Assembly: GCF_036365525.1 (NCBI RefSeq)
Contig: NC_090399.1
Location: forward strand, 59,118,430-59,182,429
Length of the DNA: 64,000 bases
Direction: 5' to 3'
Source: Heterodontus francisci
Lineage: Eukaryota
The notes beneath the pieces are model-generated. The model made no database searches. It was not told the origin of the DNA and worked only from the letters and a program-made list of their open reading frames with translations. Position numbers and translations under genes: made by a program. Of the stretch, positions 51,212 through 63,570 are shown piece after piece. Position 1 is the stretch's first letter. Every line of letters begins with the position of its first letter.

Positions 51212-52625
51212 AATCACAGAATCGTTACAGCACAGAAGGAGGCCATTCGGCCCATCATGTCTGCACCAGCTCTCGGAGTGAGTAATTCGCTTAGTGCAGT
51301 TCCCACCCCCACCCCCGCCTTCTCTCCATAACCCTGTGCATTCTTCATTTTCAGGTAACTGACTAATTCCCTATTGAATGGCTTGTTTGAACCTGCCTCC
51401 ACCACGCTATCAGGCAGTGCATTCCAGATCCCAACCACTCGCTGTGTGAAAAGGTTTTTCCTCATGTCACCATTGCTTCCTATGTCAATTATCTTAAATC
51501 TGTGCCCTCCCGTTCTCGATCCTTTCATGAATTTCTCCTTCTCTATTCTGTCCAGATCCCTCATGATTTTGAATACCTCTATCAAAACTCCTCTCAGCTT
51601 TCTCTTCTCCAAAGAAAACAGTCCACATTTCTCCAGTCTATCCTCGTAAATGAAGTTTCTTATCCTTGGAACCATTCTTGTGAATCTTTTCCGGATTCTT
51701 TCCAATCCCTTCAAGTCTTTCCTTAAATGTGGCACCCAGAACTGGATGCAATACTCCAGCTGAGGCCAAACTAGTGTCTTATAGAAGTTCAACATAACCT
51801 CCTTGCTCTTGTACTCTATGCACCTATTAATAAAACCTAGGATACTGCATACATTATTGACCGCACTCTCAACCTATCCTGCCATCTTCAATGACTTATG
51901 CACATATACTCACAGGTCCCTCTGTTCCTGCACCACCCTTTAGAATTGTACCCTTTATTTTATATTGTCTCCATGTTCTTCCTACCAAAATGAATCATTT
52001 CATATTTCTCTGCATTGAACTTCTTCTGCCACTTGTCCACCCATTCCACCAGCTTGTCTATGTGCTTTTGAAGTTCTACACTATCCCCCTCATAGTTCAC
52101 AATGTTTCCAAGTTTCGTATCATCCGCAAATTTTGAAATTGTGCCCTGTACACCAAGGTCAAAGTCATTAATATAGATTAGGAAGAGCAAAGGCCCTAAC
52201 ACTGACCCCTGGGGAACTCCACTACAAACCTTCCTCCAGCCCGTAAAACATCCATTAATCACTACTCTCTGTTTCCTGTCACTCAGCCAATTTCGTATCC
52301 ATGTTGCTACTGTCCCTTTTATTCCATGAGCTATGACTGAGCTCACAAGTCGGTTGTGTGTCACTGTATCAAATGTCTTTTGGATGTCCATGTACACCAC
52401 ATCAACAGCATTGCACTCATCAACCATCTCAGTTGCCCCTTCCAAAACTCCAGCAAGTTAGTTAAACATGATTTTCCCGAGACAGATCCATGCTGGCTTT
52501 TCTTAATTAACCCGCATCTGTCCATGTGACTATTAATTTTGTCCTGAATTATTGTTTCTAGAAGTTTCCCCACCACCAATGTTAAACTGATTGGCCTGTA
52601 GTTGCTGGGCTTATCTTTACATCCT
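51212..52625 (-). mobile_element. CR1 LINE 3' portion, ~1.4 kb
   Basis: SQHG..GKSCLTNL, GVPQGSVLGP, FADD, LEYCIQFW ORF pieces. Confidence 0.9.
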
Positions 52626-52664
52626 TTAACTTTGTTTTATCTAGTTATCTCATTACTGTCTATG

Positions 52665-52875
52665 TGTTAATTGCATATGAATTGTGTTTAATTATATGCA
52701 GGTGGAGGGCATTAATTAGGATTTCACTTGAGCACATGTAAAGAGACACTTACTGAAACTGTGGTTGAGTTAGGAGCTGTGTCCATGTAATGTTTGACTC
52801 TGTAAATAAATGTGAGATTGACTAAAGATTGGCTCCAGTGCTTTCCTTCACCAACTGGCTTCCTGGAATATAATA
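52665..52875 (+). repeat. 5' LTR (211 bp)
   Basis: Starts TGTTAATTG; direct repeat of 63367-63570; contains AATAAA. Confidence 0.85.
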
Positions 52876-52893
52876 TGGTAGCAGAGGATAGTT
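52876..52893 (+). promoter_or_regulatory. Primer binding site, initiator tRNA-Met
   Basis: tggtagcagaggatagtt matches at 17/18 the complement of the vertebrate tRNAiMet 3' end (TGGTAGCAGAGGATGGTT). Confidence 0.85.
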
Positions 52894-53674
52894 GCCTAAA
52901 GGTGAAGGTAGAAAAGCAAGAAAAAAAATGAGACAGAAGACTACAATCCTAATAGCCATTGTGAGAAATGACAGAAAGTGAGTGTAAATTATCTGGGTTT
53001 GATTACCCTCCAATGTTCTCAGAGTGAGCCATGTAACCAGTGGAAGCATGAAGTGGATTGGTGGACATGAGTTATGCCCCTACCAAACAGGAAACAAGGT
53101 ATGGCCTTGGCATTGTCAATTCTTACAAGAAGTAAAATCAGAAGAAAAGTATTTTGTGAGCGAAGTGCTCATCAGTTGAATACTGATGAAGGTTTGGATC
53201 TTCCATGAGAGTTCTTGGATGAAATCTACAAGAAATATCATCTATTAAATGCCTATGAGGCATGGTCAGAATTTGATAGATTTCAGAAGACAGATAGTTA
53301 GTCAATGGAAGAATATACCATGGATTCTAACAGACTGCATAAAGATTGAGGAAATTCAATTTAGAGATCCCTGGTTCAGTGCTAGCATTTAAATTGCTGG
53401 ATTATACTAAGGTTGCATATGGATAGGCTCCTGGTTCGAAATGGTTTTTGGTTCTCAGAGAGAATCCTGTTGGATTAGATGTCTGCTGCCTTGAAAAAAA
53501 TCCAGAGGAAACAGTCATTTGCTGCAGTCTTTGTTGAACAGATGGAATATTTTGCAGTGACACAAAGAATAGAAAACTCAATGATTGCCAGATTTGAAAT
53601 GGTCCAGATATTGGATACAGGCAGACAAAGGAAGAATGACAGACAGGTGGAATGAGCATGAAAGCTATTTACAT

Positions 53675-53835
53675 TCAATTAATGAATAATAAATCTGGAA
53701 TTGAGAGCTAGTCTCAGTAATGGTGCTATGAAACTATCATTGATTATTGCAAAAAACCCATCTGGTTCACATATGTCCTCTACAGAATGAAATCTGTCAT
53801 CCTTACCTGGTCTGGCCTACATGTGACCCACATGA
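53675..53835 (+). mobile_element. Fragment of the family B 5' module (SINE-like), nested in Copia gag
   Basis: Similar to 4460-4615 (aaatctgga..catgaaacta..aaaaacccatctg..ctggcct.catgtgac). Confidence 0.55.
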
Positions 53836-53992
53836 GATTTGGCTACTACAGCAGAAGACAGAATTGGAATAGCAATGATAGGTGAATCCCAGGAATGCCA
53901 AGGAACAGTTAATAAGTGTTTCAGGTGTGACTCAAAGTGTTGTTATGTGATGAACTGCCCACAGCAAAGAGGCAGGGTCCTCGAAAGGGCAT

Positions 53993-54145
53993 TTTTTTTT
54001 TTTATTCATTCATGGGATGTGGGCATCACTGGCAAGGCCAGCATTTGTTGCCAGTCCCTAATTGCCCTTGAACTGAATGGCTTTCGAGGCCATTTCAGAG
54101 GGCATTTTAAGAGTCAATCACATTCCTGTGCGGCACATGTAGGCT
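53993..54145 (-). mobile_element. Short bipartite family B derivative (5' module joined to 3' tail)
   Basis: Minus strand: tgccctctgaaatggc (as at ~4620) directly followed by aagggcaattaggg..cccatgaatgaataaaa (as at 59125-59200). Confidence 0.65.
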
Positions 54146-54955
54146 CTGCCTCTCAAGGATTGGCCTTCACAGCCATCAGCAAAGGTGCACCAAAAGAAGA
54201 CACTCCACCTAAATAGATTGTTTGCTCCGTGTCCATCATGTTTGATCGATGGAGTTTCCGGCTGGAGTAAGCCACTTTATCAGTCCTGATACAATCTCCA
54301 GTGACATACCTCTGCTGCTGAATAAAGCACAAATGAAACTTGACATGGAACATAACAAGGCAGTGGATCTGGAGTTTACCCAATCAGGACATTATTGTAT
54401 CCCCCCTAACACAACCTAATGTTTCACATCAGAGTATAAGACAAGAATTAATGGCATCAGGTGATAAGAATCAGAGAGGAAAACAAACAAATTGTCTTAA
54501 AGTTACATAGACAATTTACACACTCTACTTGTCAATGGTTAAAAATCCTGTTAAAAGATGCTGGTGTGGTTGATGAAGGTTCTATGAGGTTAATAGAAGA
54601 GATTAGTGAGAATTGTGAAATCTGTAAAAAGTATCGAAGGACACTGCCGCGGCCTATTGCCAACCTTCCATTGACAAGTGACTTTAACAAGGGAGTTGTC
54701 CTGGATCTAAAGGTGTGGGACAAAGACAGAAATATTTTTATTCTACATTTTATTGACCAGACAATTTGATTCCGTCTTTTAATAATAATTCATAGCAAGG
54801 ACAAAAGGGTGATTATAGATTCAATCATGGAGAAATGGATAGGGACTGGACTTGGGGCACTGACTGATAATGGAGGGGAATTTGCCAATGATGAGTTCAG
54901 ACACATATGTGAAAAGATAAACATTATGGTCATGAATTCGACTGCCGAAAGTCCT

Positions 54956-55269
54956 AGTCTAGAACTAGGGGTCACTGTTTTAAAATAAGGGGTCACCCAT
55001 TTAAGACAAAGATGAGAATTTTTTTTTCTCTCAGAGGGTTGTGAGTCTTTGGAATTCTCCTCCTCAAAAAGCGATGGAAGCAGAGTCTTTTAATATTTTT
55101 AAGGCAGAGGTAGATTGATTCTTGATAAGCAAGGGGTGAAAGGTTATTGGGGGAAGGTGGGAATGTGGAGTTGAGCTTACAATCAGATCAGCCATGATCT
55201 TATTGAATGGCGGAGTAGGCTCAAGGAGCCAGGTGGCCTACTCCTGCTCCTAATTTGTATGTTCGTATA
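54956..55269 (+). mobile_element. CR1 3' fragment inserted in the Copia integrase
   Basis: TSD tcct; removal restores TAESPFSNG. Confidence 0.85.
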
Positions 55270-55995
55270 TCCTTTCAGCAATGGACTCTGTGAAAGGAAT
55301 CACACGGCAATCAATGAAATGCTGCTTAAAATCCAGATGATCAAGCAAACTGCAAGTTGGCAACTGCTCTGGCATGGGCAGTTCATGCAAAGAATCCGTG
55401 TCAGATGGTTGGGGGATATAGTCCCTCTCAATTGGTCTATGGGCGAAATCTAAAATTGCTTTCTGTGCTGTGTGATAGTCCTCCTACACGAGAAGGTACG
55501 ACAGTTAGTTCCATTTTTGCTGCACACTTGACTTCTTTACATGCAGGGAGACGGGCTTTCATCAAGACTGAGTTCTCTGAGAAAATTTGAAGAGCTGTGA
55601 GGCATCAAATAAGGCCATTTTAAACAGAATTTAATTCAGGAGGTTTGGTGTATTATAAAAGAGAGGGTCATAGGAAATGGAAATGCCCTGGTAATGTAAT
55701 AGATCGTGATGGGAAGACACTACTTATCAAACATTTCAATCAAACTGTTAAGCTTCATTCTTCATGATTAGTCAGAGTTGATTACAAAATCTCAGAATCT
55801 GAGCAGCTGATAGAAGGAAACAAGGCACCTTGTACCTCAAATGCTCATGTGTTTTGTGAGAAGGTCCTGAGGAACAAAATACAGTGATCAAGGGCGGATA
55901 CTGGTAACATGAGTGATCATGAAACACAGGACAGAGCTATTACATCCAAAGACCAATTGTCCACAGTGGGTCCATGAGTGATGTATATTCCAGAG

Positions 55996-56030
55996 GTTCT
56001 GAAGAAAGGTCACTGACCTGAAACGTTAAC
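55996..56030 (+). ncRNA. Minimal type I hammerhead ribozyme motif
   Basis: CUGAAGA 55999-56005, extra A, AGGUC/GACCU stem II, GAAA 56020-56023, CG, UU (predicted cleavage after 56027), AAC. Confidence 0.72.
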
Positions 56031-56091
56031 TCTACTTCTCTCTCCACAGATGCTGCCAGACCTGCTGAGTATTTCCAGTGTTTCTCGTGTT
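55997..56091 (+). mobile_element. 95-bp Penelope-type insertion carrying a hammerhead ribozyme motif
   Basis: Perfect 13-bp TSD tatattccagagg (55984-55996, 56092-56104). Confidence 0.85.
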
Positions 56092-56460
56092 TATATTCCA
56101 GAGGAGTCTGGAAAATGAAGGGATGTGACAATTGGGGGGCATGCAGGAAAAGCTACGGCCAAGTTTAAATATTGGTTGAATGTTCAGGATGGTGGTCAAG
56201 AAGTGAGGTCCATGGACTGGCAGAATTGGGTGAATGAATGGAGAGTAAGAAAGCGCAGTGCAAGTTCTAAATGGGTTCAAAGGTGACTCTAGTCAGAAAA
56301 CAGTCATATACCAGAGAAGGAGCATGCTATAGTGTGAGATAGAGATCTCACAGCAATAGTCCCAAAAAACATCAACGTGCAAGTACAAGCTATATCTTGA
56401 ATAGATTACACAATGAAATGAGGGCTACAGAACAGTCTTGAGCAGAACCAGAAGCAGAAA

Positions 56461-59200
56461 AAGGAATGAAACCAGACGGACCACCCGGCATCGACCTAGG
56501 CACCAGAAACGACAACGGCAAACCCAACCCTGTCGACCCTGCAAAGTCCTCCTTACTAACATCTGGGGGCATGTGCCAAAGTTGGGAGAGCTGTCCCACA
56601 AACTAGTCAAGCAACTGCCTGGCATAGTCATACTCACGGAATCATACCTTACAGATAATGTCCCAGACACTACAATCACTATCCCTGGGTATGTCCTGTC
56701 CCACTTCAGGACAGACCCATCAGAGGTGGTGGCACAGTGGTATACAGTTGGGAGGGAGTTGCCCTGGGAGTCCTCAACATTGAATCCGGACCCCATGAAG
56801 TCTCATGGCATCAGGTCAAACATGGGCAAGGTAACCTCCTACTGATTACCACCTACCGCCCTCCCTCAGCTGATGACTCAGTACTACACCATGTTGAACA
56901 CCACTTGGAGGAATCACTGAGGGTGGCAAGGGCACAGAATGTACTCTGGGTGGGGGACTTCAATGTTCATCACCAAGCGTGGCTCGGTAGCACCACTACT
57001 GACCGAGCTGGCCGAGTCCTAAAGGACATAGCTGCTAGACTGGGTCTGTGGCAGGTGGTGGGGGAACCAACACAAGGGAAAAACCTACTTGACCTCGTCC
57101 TCACCAATCTGCCTGCTGCAAATGCTTCTGTCCATGACTGTATTGGTAGGAGTGACCACCTCACAGTCCTTGTGGAGGTGAGGTCCCGCCTTCACATTGA
57201 GGATACTGTCCATCGTGTTGTGTGGCACGATCACCGTGCTAAATGGGATAGATTTCGAACAGATCTAACAATGCAAAACTGGGCATCCATGAGGCGCTGT
57301 GGGTCATCAGCAGCAGCAGAATTGTGATCAACCACAATCTGTAACTTCATGGCCCGGCATATCCCCCACTCTACCATGACCATCAAGCCAGAAGACCAAC
57401 CCTGGTTCAATGAAGAGTGCAGGAGGGCATGCCAGGAGCAGCACCAGGCATACCTCAAAATGAGGTGTCAACCTGGTGAAGCTACAACACAGGACTATCT
57501 GCGTGCCAAACTGTGTAAGCAGCATGCGATAGACAGAGCTAAGTGATCCCATAACCAACGTATCAGATCTAAGCTCTGCAGTCCTGCTACATCCAGCTGT
57601 GAATGGTGGTGGACAATTAAACAACTAACTGGAGGAGGTGGCTCTTAAATATCCCCATCCTCAATGTTGGGGGAGCCCAGCACATCAGTGCGAAAGATAA
57701 GGCTGAAGCATTTGCAACAATCTTCAGCCAGAAGTGCCGATGATCCATCTCGGCCTCCTCCTGAAGTCCCCAGCATCACAGATGCCTGATTTCAGCCAAT
57801 TCGATTCACTCCGCGTGATATCAAGAAAAGACTGAAGACACTGGATACTGCAAAAGCTACGGCCCTGATAAAATTCCGGCAATAGTACTGAAGATCTGTG
57901 CTCCAGAACTTGCCGCGCGCCCTAGCCAAGCTGTTCCAGTACAGCTACAACACTGGCATCTACCCTGCAATGTGGAAAATTGCCCAGGTATGTCCTGTAC
58001 ACAAAAAACAGGACAAATCCAACCCGGCCAATTACTGCCCCATCAGCCTACTCTCTATCATCAGTAATGTGATGGAAGGGGTCATCAACAGTGCCATCAA
58101 GCGGCACTTGCTAAGCAATAACCTGTCCAGTGACGCTCAATTTGGGTTGCGCCAGGGCTACTCAGCTCCTGACCTCATTAGAGCCTTGGTTCAAACATGG
58201 ACAAAAGAGCTGAACTCAAAAGGTGAGGTGAGAGTGACTGCCCTTGACATCAAGGCAGCATTTGACCGAGTATGGCATCAAGGAGCCCGAGCAAAACTGA
58301 GGTCAATGGGAATCAGGGGGAAAACCCTCCGCTGGTTGGAGTCATACCTAGGGCAAAGGAAGATGGTTGTGGTTGTTGGAGGTCAATCATCTGAGCTCCA
58401 GGACATCACTGCTGGAGTTCCTCAGGGTAGTCTCCTAGGCCCAACCATCTTTAGCTGCTTCATCAATGATCTTCCTTCAATCATAAGGTCAGAAGTGGGG
58501 ATGTTCGCTGATGATTACACAATGTTCAGCACCATTTGTGACTCCTCAGATACTGAAGCAGTCTGTGTAGAAATGCAGCAAGACCTGGACAATATCCAGG
58601 CTTGGGCTGATAAGTGGCAAGTAACATTCGCGAGTAACTCTCCTCCTGACTCCCCAAAGCCTGTCCACCATCTACAAGGCACAAGTCAGGAGTATGATGG
58701 AATACTCTCCACTTGTCTGGATGGGTGCAGCTCCAACAACACTGAAGAAGCTCGACACCATCCAGGACAAAGCAGCCCGCTTGATTGGCACTCCATCTAC
58801 AAACATTCACTCCCTCCACCACCGACGCACAGTGGCAGCAGTGTGTACATTCTAGAAGATGCACTGCAGCAATGCACCAAGGCTCCTTGGACAGCACCTT
58901 CCAAACCCGCGACCTCTACCACCTAGAAGGACAAGGGCAGCACATACATAGGAACATCACCACCTGCAAGTTCGCGTCCAAGTCACACACCATCCTGACT
59001 TGGAACTATATCGCCGTTCCTTCACTATCGCTGGGCCAAAATCCTGGAACTCGCTTCCTTTCAGTGGGTGTACCTACCCCACATGGACTGCAGCGGTTGA
59101 AGAAGGCAGCTCATCACCACCTTCTCAAGGGCAATTAGGGATGGGCAATAAATGCTGGCCTGGCCAGCGTCGCCCACATCCCATGAATGAATAAAAAAAA
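56461..59200 (+). mobile_element. Family B APE-RT LINE, near-complete ORF2 with stops, frameshifts and an internal deletion
   Basis: ILTESYL, TYRPP, WVGDFNVH, LDLVLTN..SDH, PISLLSI, DIKAAFD, GVPQGS.LGP, FADD; tail atgaatgaat(A)n; TSD agaaa. Confidence 0.92.
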
Positions 59201-60047
59201 AGAAACCCTCATGACCATCAAGTGTTAGTGGCTGCCAATAAACTTTAGGATAAACTAATGAGAGGCAAAACCAAAGGAGTTCGAGAGTTGGAGAGAATGT
59301 GGTGGTTATTCGGAGCTATCAGATAGGGGACAGCCAGCCTTGTGACGTAAATGGATTTGTGCTGAAAAAGTGTTGCGGATGTGACTTATAAGGCTAAAGT
59401 GAAGCTTGTTGCTGGGTTTCTTTAAGAGGGACTGGGCAATACAGATGATGGAGTGGACTCTGCCACAGCTGGAAAAGTAATCTTAAACATCTGTTTTGAG
59501 CTCTTTTGGCCACATAGTCATTGGAGGGTCGGTCAATTGACATAAAAGCTGCATTTCTGCAGGGTAACACTTTTCAGCGTGAAATGTTTCTGAAACTGAC
59601 TAGAGGCAGCAGATACAGAAGGAAAACTATGGAAACTAAACAAATGCATCAATGGCCTGAATGATGCTTCCAGGGTGTGGTATCTTTCAGTGAGATCTGT
59701 TTTGCTGAAAATAGCTTCTGTTCAACTAAAAGTAGATCCGCAATGTTTTATTTGTATCCTAAAGGAAAACTTTCAGGAATCTTCATGATACGTGTTAGTG
59801 ATTTCTTATGGGGTGGTATTGGAGAATTTGAGAAATGTGTTCTTTCTCAGATTAGATTAGAATTTAAAATTGGGAGTCAGACCAGTGGGACTTTTAAATA
59901 TATTGGTTTAGATATGAAGCAAAGTAGATCTGAAGTAACTTTAATCACAATCCTAATAGAGAGGTGTTACTCCCATCCTGGTTAATTGGTCATCAGAGAA
60001 AGATGATGTTATATCTGAAGAAGAGACAGAACAATTTCAAAGCTGAT

Positions 60048-61552
60048 TTTTTTCCCAAAGATATGCTTTATTTATAAAATTTTTAAAAGTATACTGCAAA
60101 ATTCAAATTGTATATTTCATCAAGTGCAATAAAGTTCAGTTTCTTTCAATGCGGTCCAGGAGGTGCCTCACAACTCTTGCCATACAGCCCGAGGGGTTTT
60201 ACCTGGGTTCCACCCTTGTTACACTTTGACAGTAGGACCTTACATAGTGGTTTTTCCCCATTGAGCCTTTGCTGCCCCAAGCTTTAATGCATCCCTCAAC
60301 ACGTAGTTCTATACCTTGGAATGTGCCAGTCTGCAACACTTGGTTGTGGACAACTCTTTGCACTGGAAGACCAGCAAGTTTTGGGCAGATCAAAGTGAGT
60401 CTTTCATCTGGTTGATGATTATCTCAGTGTGCGTCCCTGGTAACAGCCTGTAGAGCACAGAGTCTTGCATTATGGAGCTGCTCGGGATGAACCTCGACAA
60501 AATCCATTGCATCTCTTTACAGACCTGCCTTGCAAATGCACATTCCAGAAGGAGGTGGGTGACAGTCTCTCCCCCACCACAGCCACCTCGAGGGCAGTGT
60601 GCAGAGGTGGTGAGACTCTGGCTATGCAGGAAGGATCTGATGGGGAGGGCCCTTGTCACCGCCAGCCAAGCTATGTCTTGGTGCTTGTTTGAATGTTCTG
60701 GCAATGAGGCATTCTGCCAAATGACTCTGACAGTCTGCTCGGGGAACCATCCGACAGGATCAACCATCTCCTTTTCCCGCAGGGCCTTGAGGACGTTCTG
60801 TGCGGACCAATGCCTGATGGACTTCTGGTCAAAGATGTTTTTCAGTACAAACATTTCCACAAGGGAGAGGTGGTACTGGACAGTCCAACTGAATGGAGCG
60901 TTCCACGGTAACGTAGCCAGACCCATCCTTCACAATACTGAGGACAGACAGATCAACAGCACATAGTGACAGCTTGTGTCTGCATACCCGAGGTCTACGC
61001 ACAGCTTGATGCAGCCACAGACAAAGGTGGCCATCAGGATGAGGGTGATAGGGTGATGTTGGGTACGTTTCCCCTCCCCCCCTTTATCTAGAGGTTTGAA
61101 CATCATGTCCCTGCGGACGTGGTCCATTTTCAATCTCCAGGTAAAGTAGAAGAAAGCTCTGGTGACCGCCATGACGCAGAAGTGGATATGGGCCGTCCTG
61201 TGCCATGTACAGCAACACTGAGAGCGCCTCACACCTGATGACCAGGTTCTTAGCCACAATATAGAGGGAGTGCCACTCCCACATGACCAGTTTCTGTTTC
61301 CCCATGGCTACTCACTCCTTCCGGTTTTTGTCCCCAGCCCCAGTCCCTCCGAGCCATATCCCCAGCACCTTCAGACAGTCTGACCTGACAGTGAAGGAGA
61401 CAAAGGATCGATTGGCACAATTCCCAAAGAACTTGGCCTCTTTCTTGCCACAATTTACTTTGGCTCTAGAGGCCTGTTCAAAGTGGTCACAGATGCTCAT
61501 CAGTGTGCGAACTGACAGCGGATCTGAGCAGAAGACGGCAACATCATCCATG
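60048..61552 (-). mobile_element. L1/Tx1-clade LINE, 5'-truncated at the RT MDD motif
   Basis: MDDVAVF..KVLGIW; C-terminal CPRGGCGGGETVTHLLLEC; AATAAA/poly(A)-type tail; imperfect TSD caaagctgat/caaagtttgat. Confidence 0.85.
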
Positions 61553-61993
61553 CAAAGTTTGATCGGTCACTTGAACTGGTTGTGCACTCAGACTAGACCA
61601 GATTCTAGTTTTGATATGTTGGTGTTAAGTTCTATGATGAAACACCATAAAGTCAAAAAGGTTTGAAGGGCAAATAAAATGTTGAAAAAATAAATCTGGA
61701 GAAATGTGTACTTAAGTTCCCAACTTAGGTGACCCAAAGAACATGCAATAGTTATTTTTAGTGAGGCTTCACCTGCTAATCTTCCTGATAGGTATTAGAG
61801 TGCAGCTGGTTTCATGTTATTTCTAATGGGTGAAAATGGGAAATGTTGTCCTTTAGTTCGGAAGGCTAAGAAAATAAAGCAGGCCTATTAAAAGTACTTT
61901 AGTGCAGAAACACTGGCTTTTGTGAGGCAGTGGGATTCTATTTGACAAACATTTTAAGTAGGATTCTATACAATGGACATACTGGGAGATAGT

Positions 61994-62950
61994 TCTTTTT
62001 TTTCTTTTGGGCCTCCTTATCTCGAGAGACAATGGATACGCGCCTGGAGGTGGTCAGTGGTTTGTGAAGCAGCGCCTGGAGTGGCTATAAAGGCCAATTC
62101 TGGAGTGACAGGCTCTGCCACAGGTGCTGCAGAGAAATTTGTGCCCAGTTTCTACGCCAATTTATCTGGACTTATAACCCGTAACTGCTGCCTTCCGTGT
62201 TGTTTCAGTCGCTGTGAGGCAACTATGGAGTGACCTCTCCATGGCGCATGCCTGGGCAAATTTATGGAGGTTGAGAGTTGCCCAGTCGTCAAAACCCCCC
62301 TCTCGGCCTTTCTGGTGGGGTCCAAAGGAGTGCAGGACACGACGTTTGGCACCAGTATGGCTGCAGGAACTGCCGGAAACATGCCAAAGGTGACACATGA
62401 CCGCCTACGGGGTTCCGCTCCGGCTTTTCTGTTAGGGTTTACTCCCTTAGCCTTGGTCTCTCCCGAGACGCCCACAAGGCAGTGGGGTTGTTGGGGCCCC
62501 TACACAGGTGTAGGATGGTGCCGGTGGGAGGAGGGGATGCAAGGGGGAGGGGTAGAGGGAGGGGGTGGGGGGGGGGTGCAGGGGAAGGGGGTGCGGGGTG
62601 AAGATGGTGCGGGGGGGGGCGGGCTGGGACGGGGTTGTGAGGGGGTGAGCTGAGAGGGTGGAGCAGGGAAGGTGGGGGGTGGGGGGGGTGGAAGGGGGGT
62701 AAAGGGGGGGGGGGAGGGGGGTGGAATCTGGTGCAGGTAATAAGCCAATTCCTCAGTGCCCACCATCGACGTCCGGAAAGCTCATCTACGTCCTTCGGGA
62801 GGTGAAGCATCATTTGGCAGACTTAGAGGTGGTTACATTTGCTAAGGGTTTTTTTTTGCAGTGGTTTAAATAAAGGCATGCAGCATTGCCGACAGTGCGC
62901 TGCAGATGCTCTCCGAGCCATCTCCCGCGGGCGCTTTGAAGTTGCGGCCG
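61994..62950 (-). mobile_element. Internally deleted (bipartite) non-autonomous RTE derivative
   Basis: 61994-62140 matches the 3' end of the RTE at 26528-26670, then switches to non-coding GC-rich sequence; TSD gggagatagt/gggggatagt. Confidence 0.7.
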
Positions 62951-63171
62951 GGGGGATAGTATACCCATTGAATGCCATGTAGATAATCGTTCCTTTTGGG
63001 ATAATGTACACTCTATGAAACATGTGAGTGAGAAAAGGATATGGATTGACTTTACTGGCTTAAAACAAATGTTGGAGAGAAATGAAATCTCTAAAATTAA
63101 ATGGGTAGCTGCAAGTCACCAACAATCTGAATTGTTTTACAAAAAGAAATGCTTGTACAAAGAACTTGTTA

Positions 63172-63232
63172 GGGGTCTTTGGGCCGAAGGGCCTGTTTCG
63201 GTGCTGTATCTCTCTCTCTCTCTCTTTGACTC
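63172..63232 (+). mobile_element. Minimal SINE/CR1 3'-tail insertion
   Basis: gggccgaagggcctgtttcggtgctgtat(ct)n. Confidence 0.6.
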
Positions 63233-63347
63233 TCCATGTCCTCGAGGAGGAGCATCTGGCAATATAACGCTCTGTACTGAATATGGAAATTGTTTCTGAT
63301 TTTCTTTTGAAATGTTATTTGTGCATATTAACTCTTAAGATTTATTT

Positions 63348-63364
63348 AAAAAGAAAGAAGGGAA
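63348..63364 (+). promoter_or_regulatory. Polypurine tract of the Copia element
   Basis: aaaaagaaagaagggaa immediately before the 3' LTR. Confidence 0.8.
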
Positions 63365-63366
63365 TC

Positions 63367-63570
63367 TGTTAATTGTATATCAATTGTGTTTATTTATATG
63401 CAGGTGAAGGGCATTAATTGGAGTTTTATTTTAGCACATATAAAGTGACACTTACTGAAACTGTGTGGTCAAGTTAGGAGGTATATGCTTGTAATGTTTC
63501 ACACTGTAAAGACTGAGTAAAGTTTGGGTCCCATATCATCCTTCATCAGTTGGTTTTCTGCAATAGAACA
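63367..63570 (+). repeat. 3' LTR (204 bp)
   Basis: TGTT...AACA termini; diverged direct repeat of 52665-52875. Confidence 0.85.

Larger units (their letters stand above)
52665..63570 (+). mobile_element. Decayed Ty1/Copia LTR retrotransposon, GalEa-like, with nested insertions
   Basis: Paired LTRs, PBS, PPT; gag knuckle KCFRCDSK..VMNCP; integrase KLHRQFTH..CEIC..DFN..LDLK, DNGGEF, SPFSNGLCERNH placed before RT (DIKAAFLQG, WKLNKC..GLNDASRVWY, VSDFLWGG) and RNase H remnants. Confidence 0.88.

Noticed and set aside
52660-52664. TSD for the Copia element
   Set aside because: Left flank ctatg does not match right flank agaga
53180-53205. Third hammerhead (ctgatgaagg)
   Set aside because: No stem II or GAAA follows; lies in Copia gag coding remnant
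62439-62813. Pro-rich and Gly-rich ORFs
   Set aside because: Low-complexity G/C tract inside a retroelement derivative
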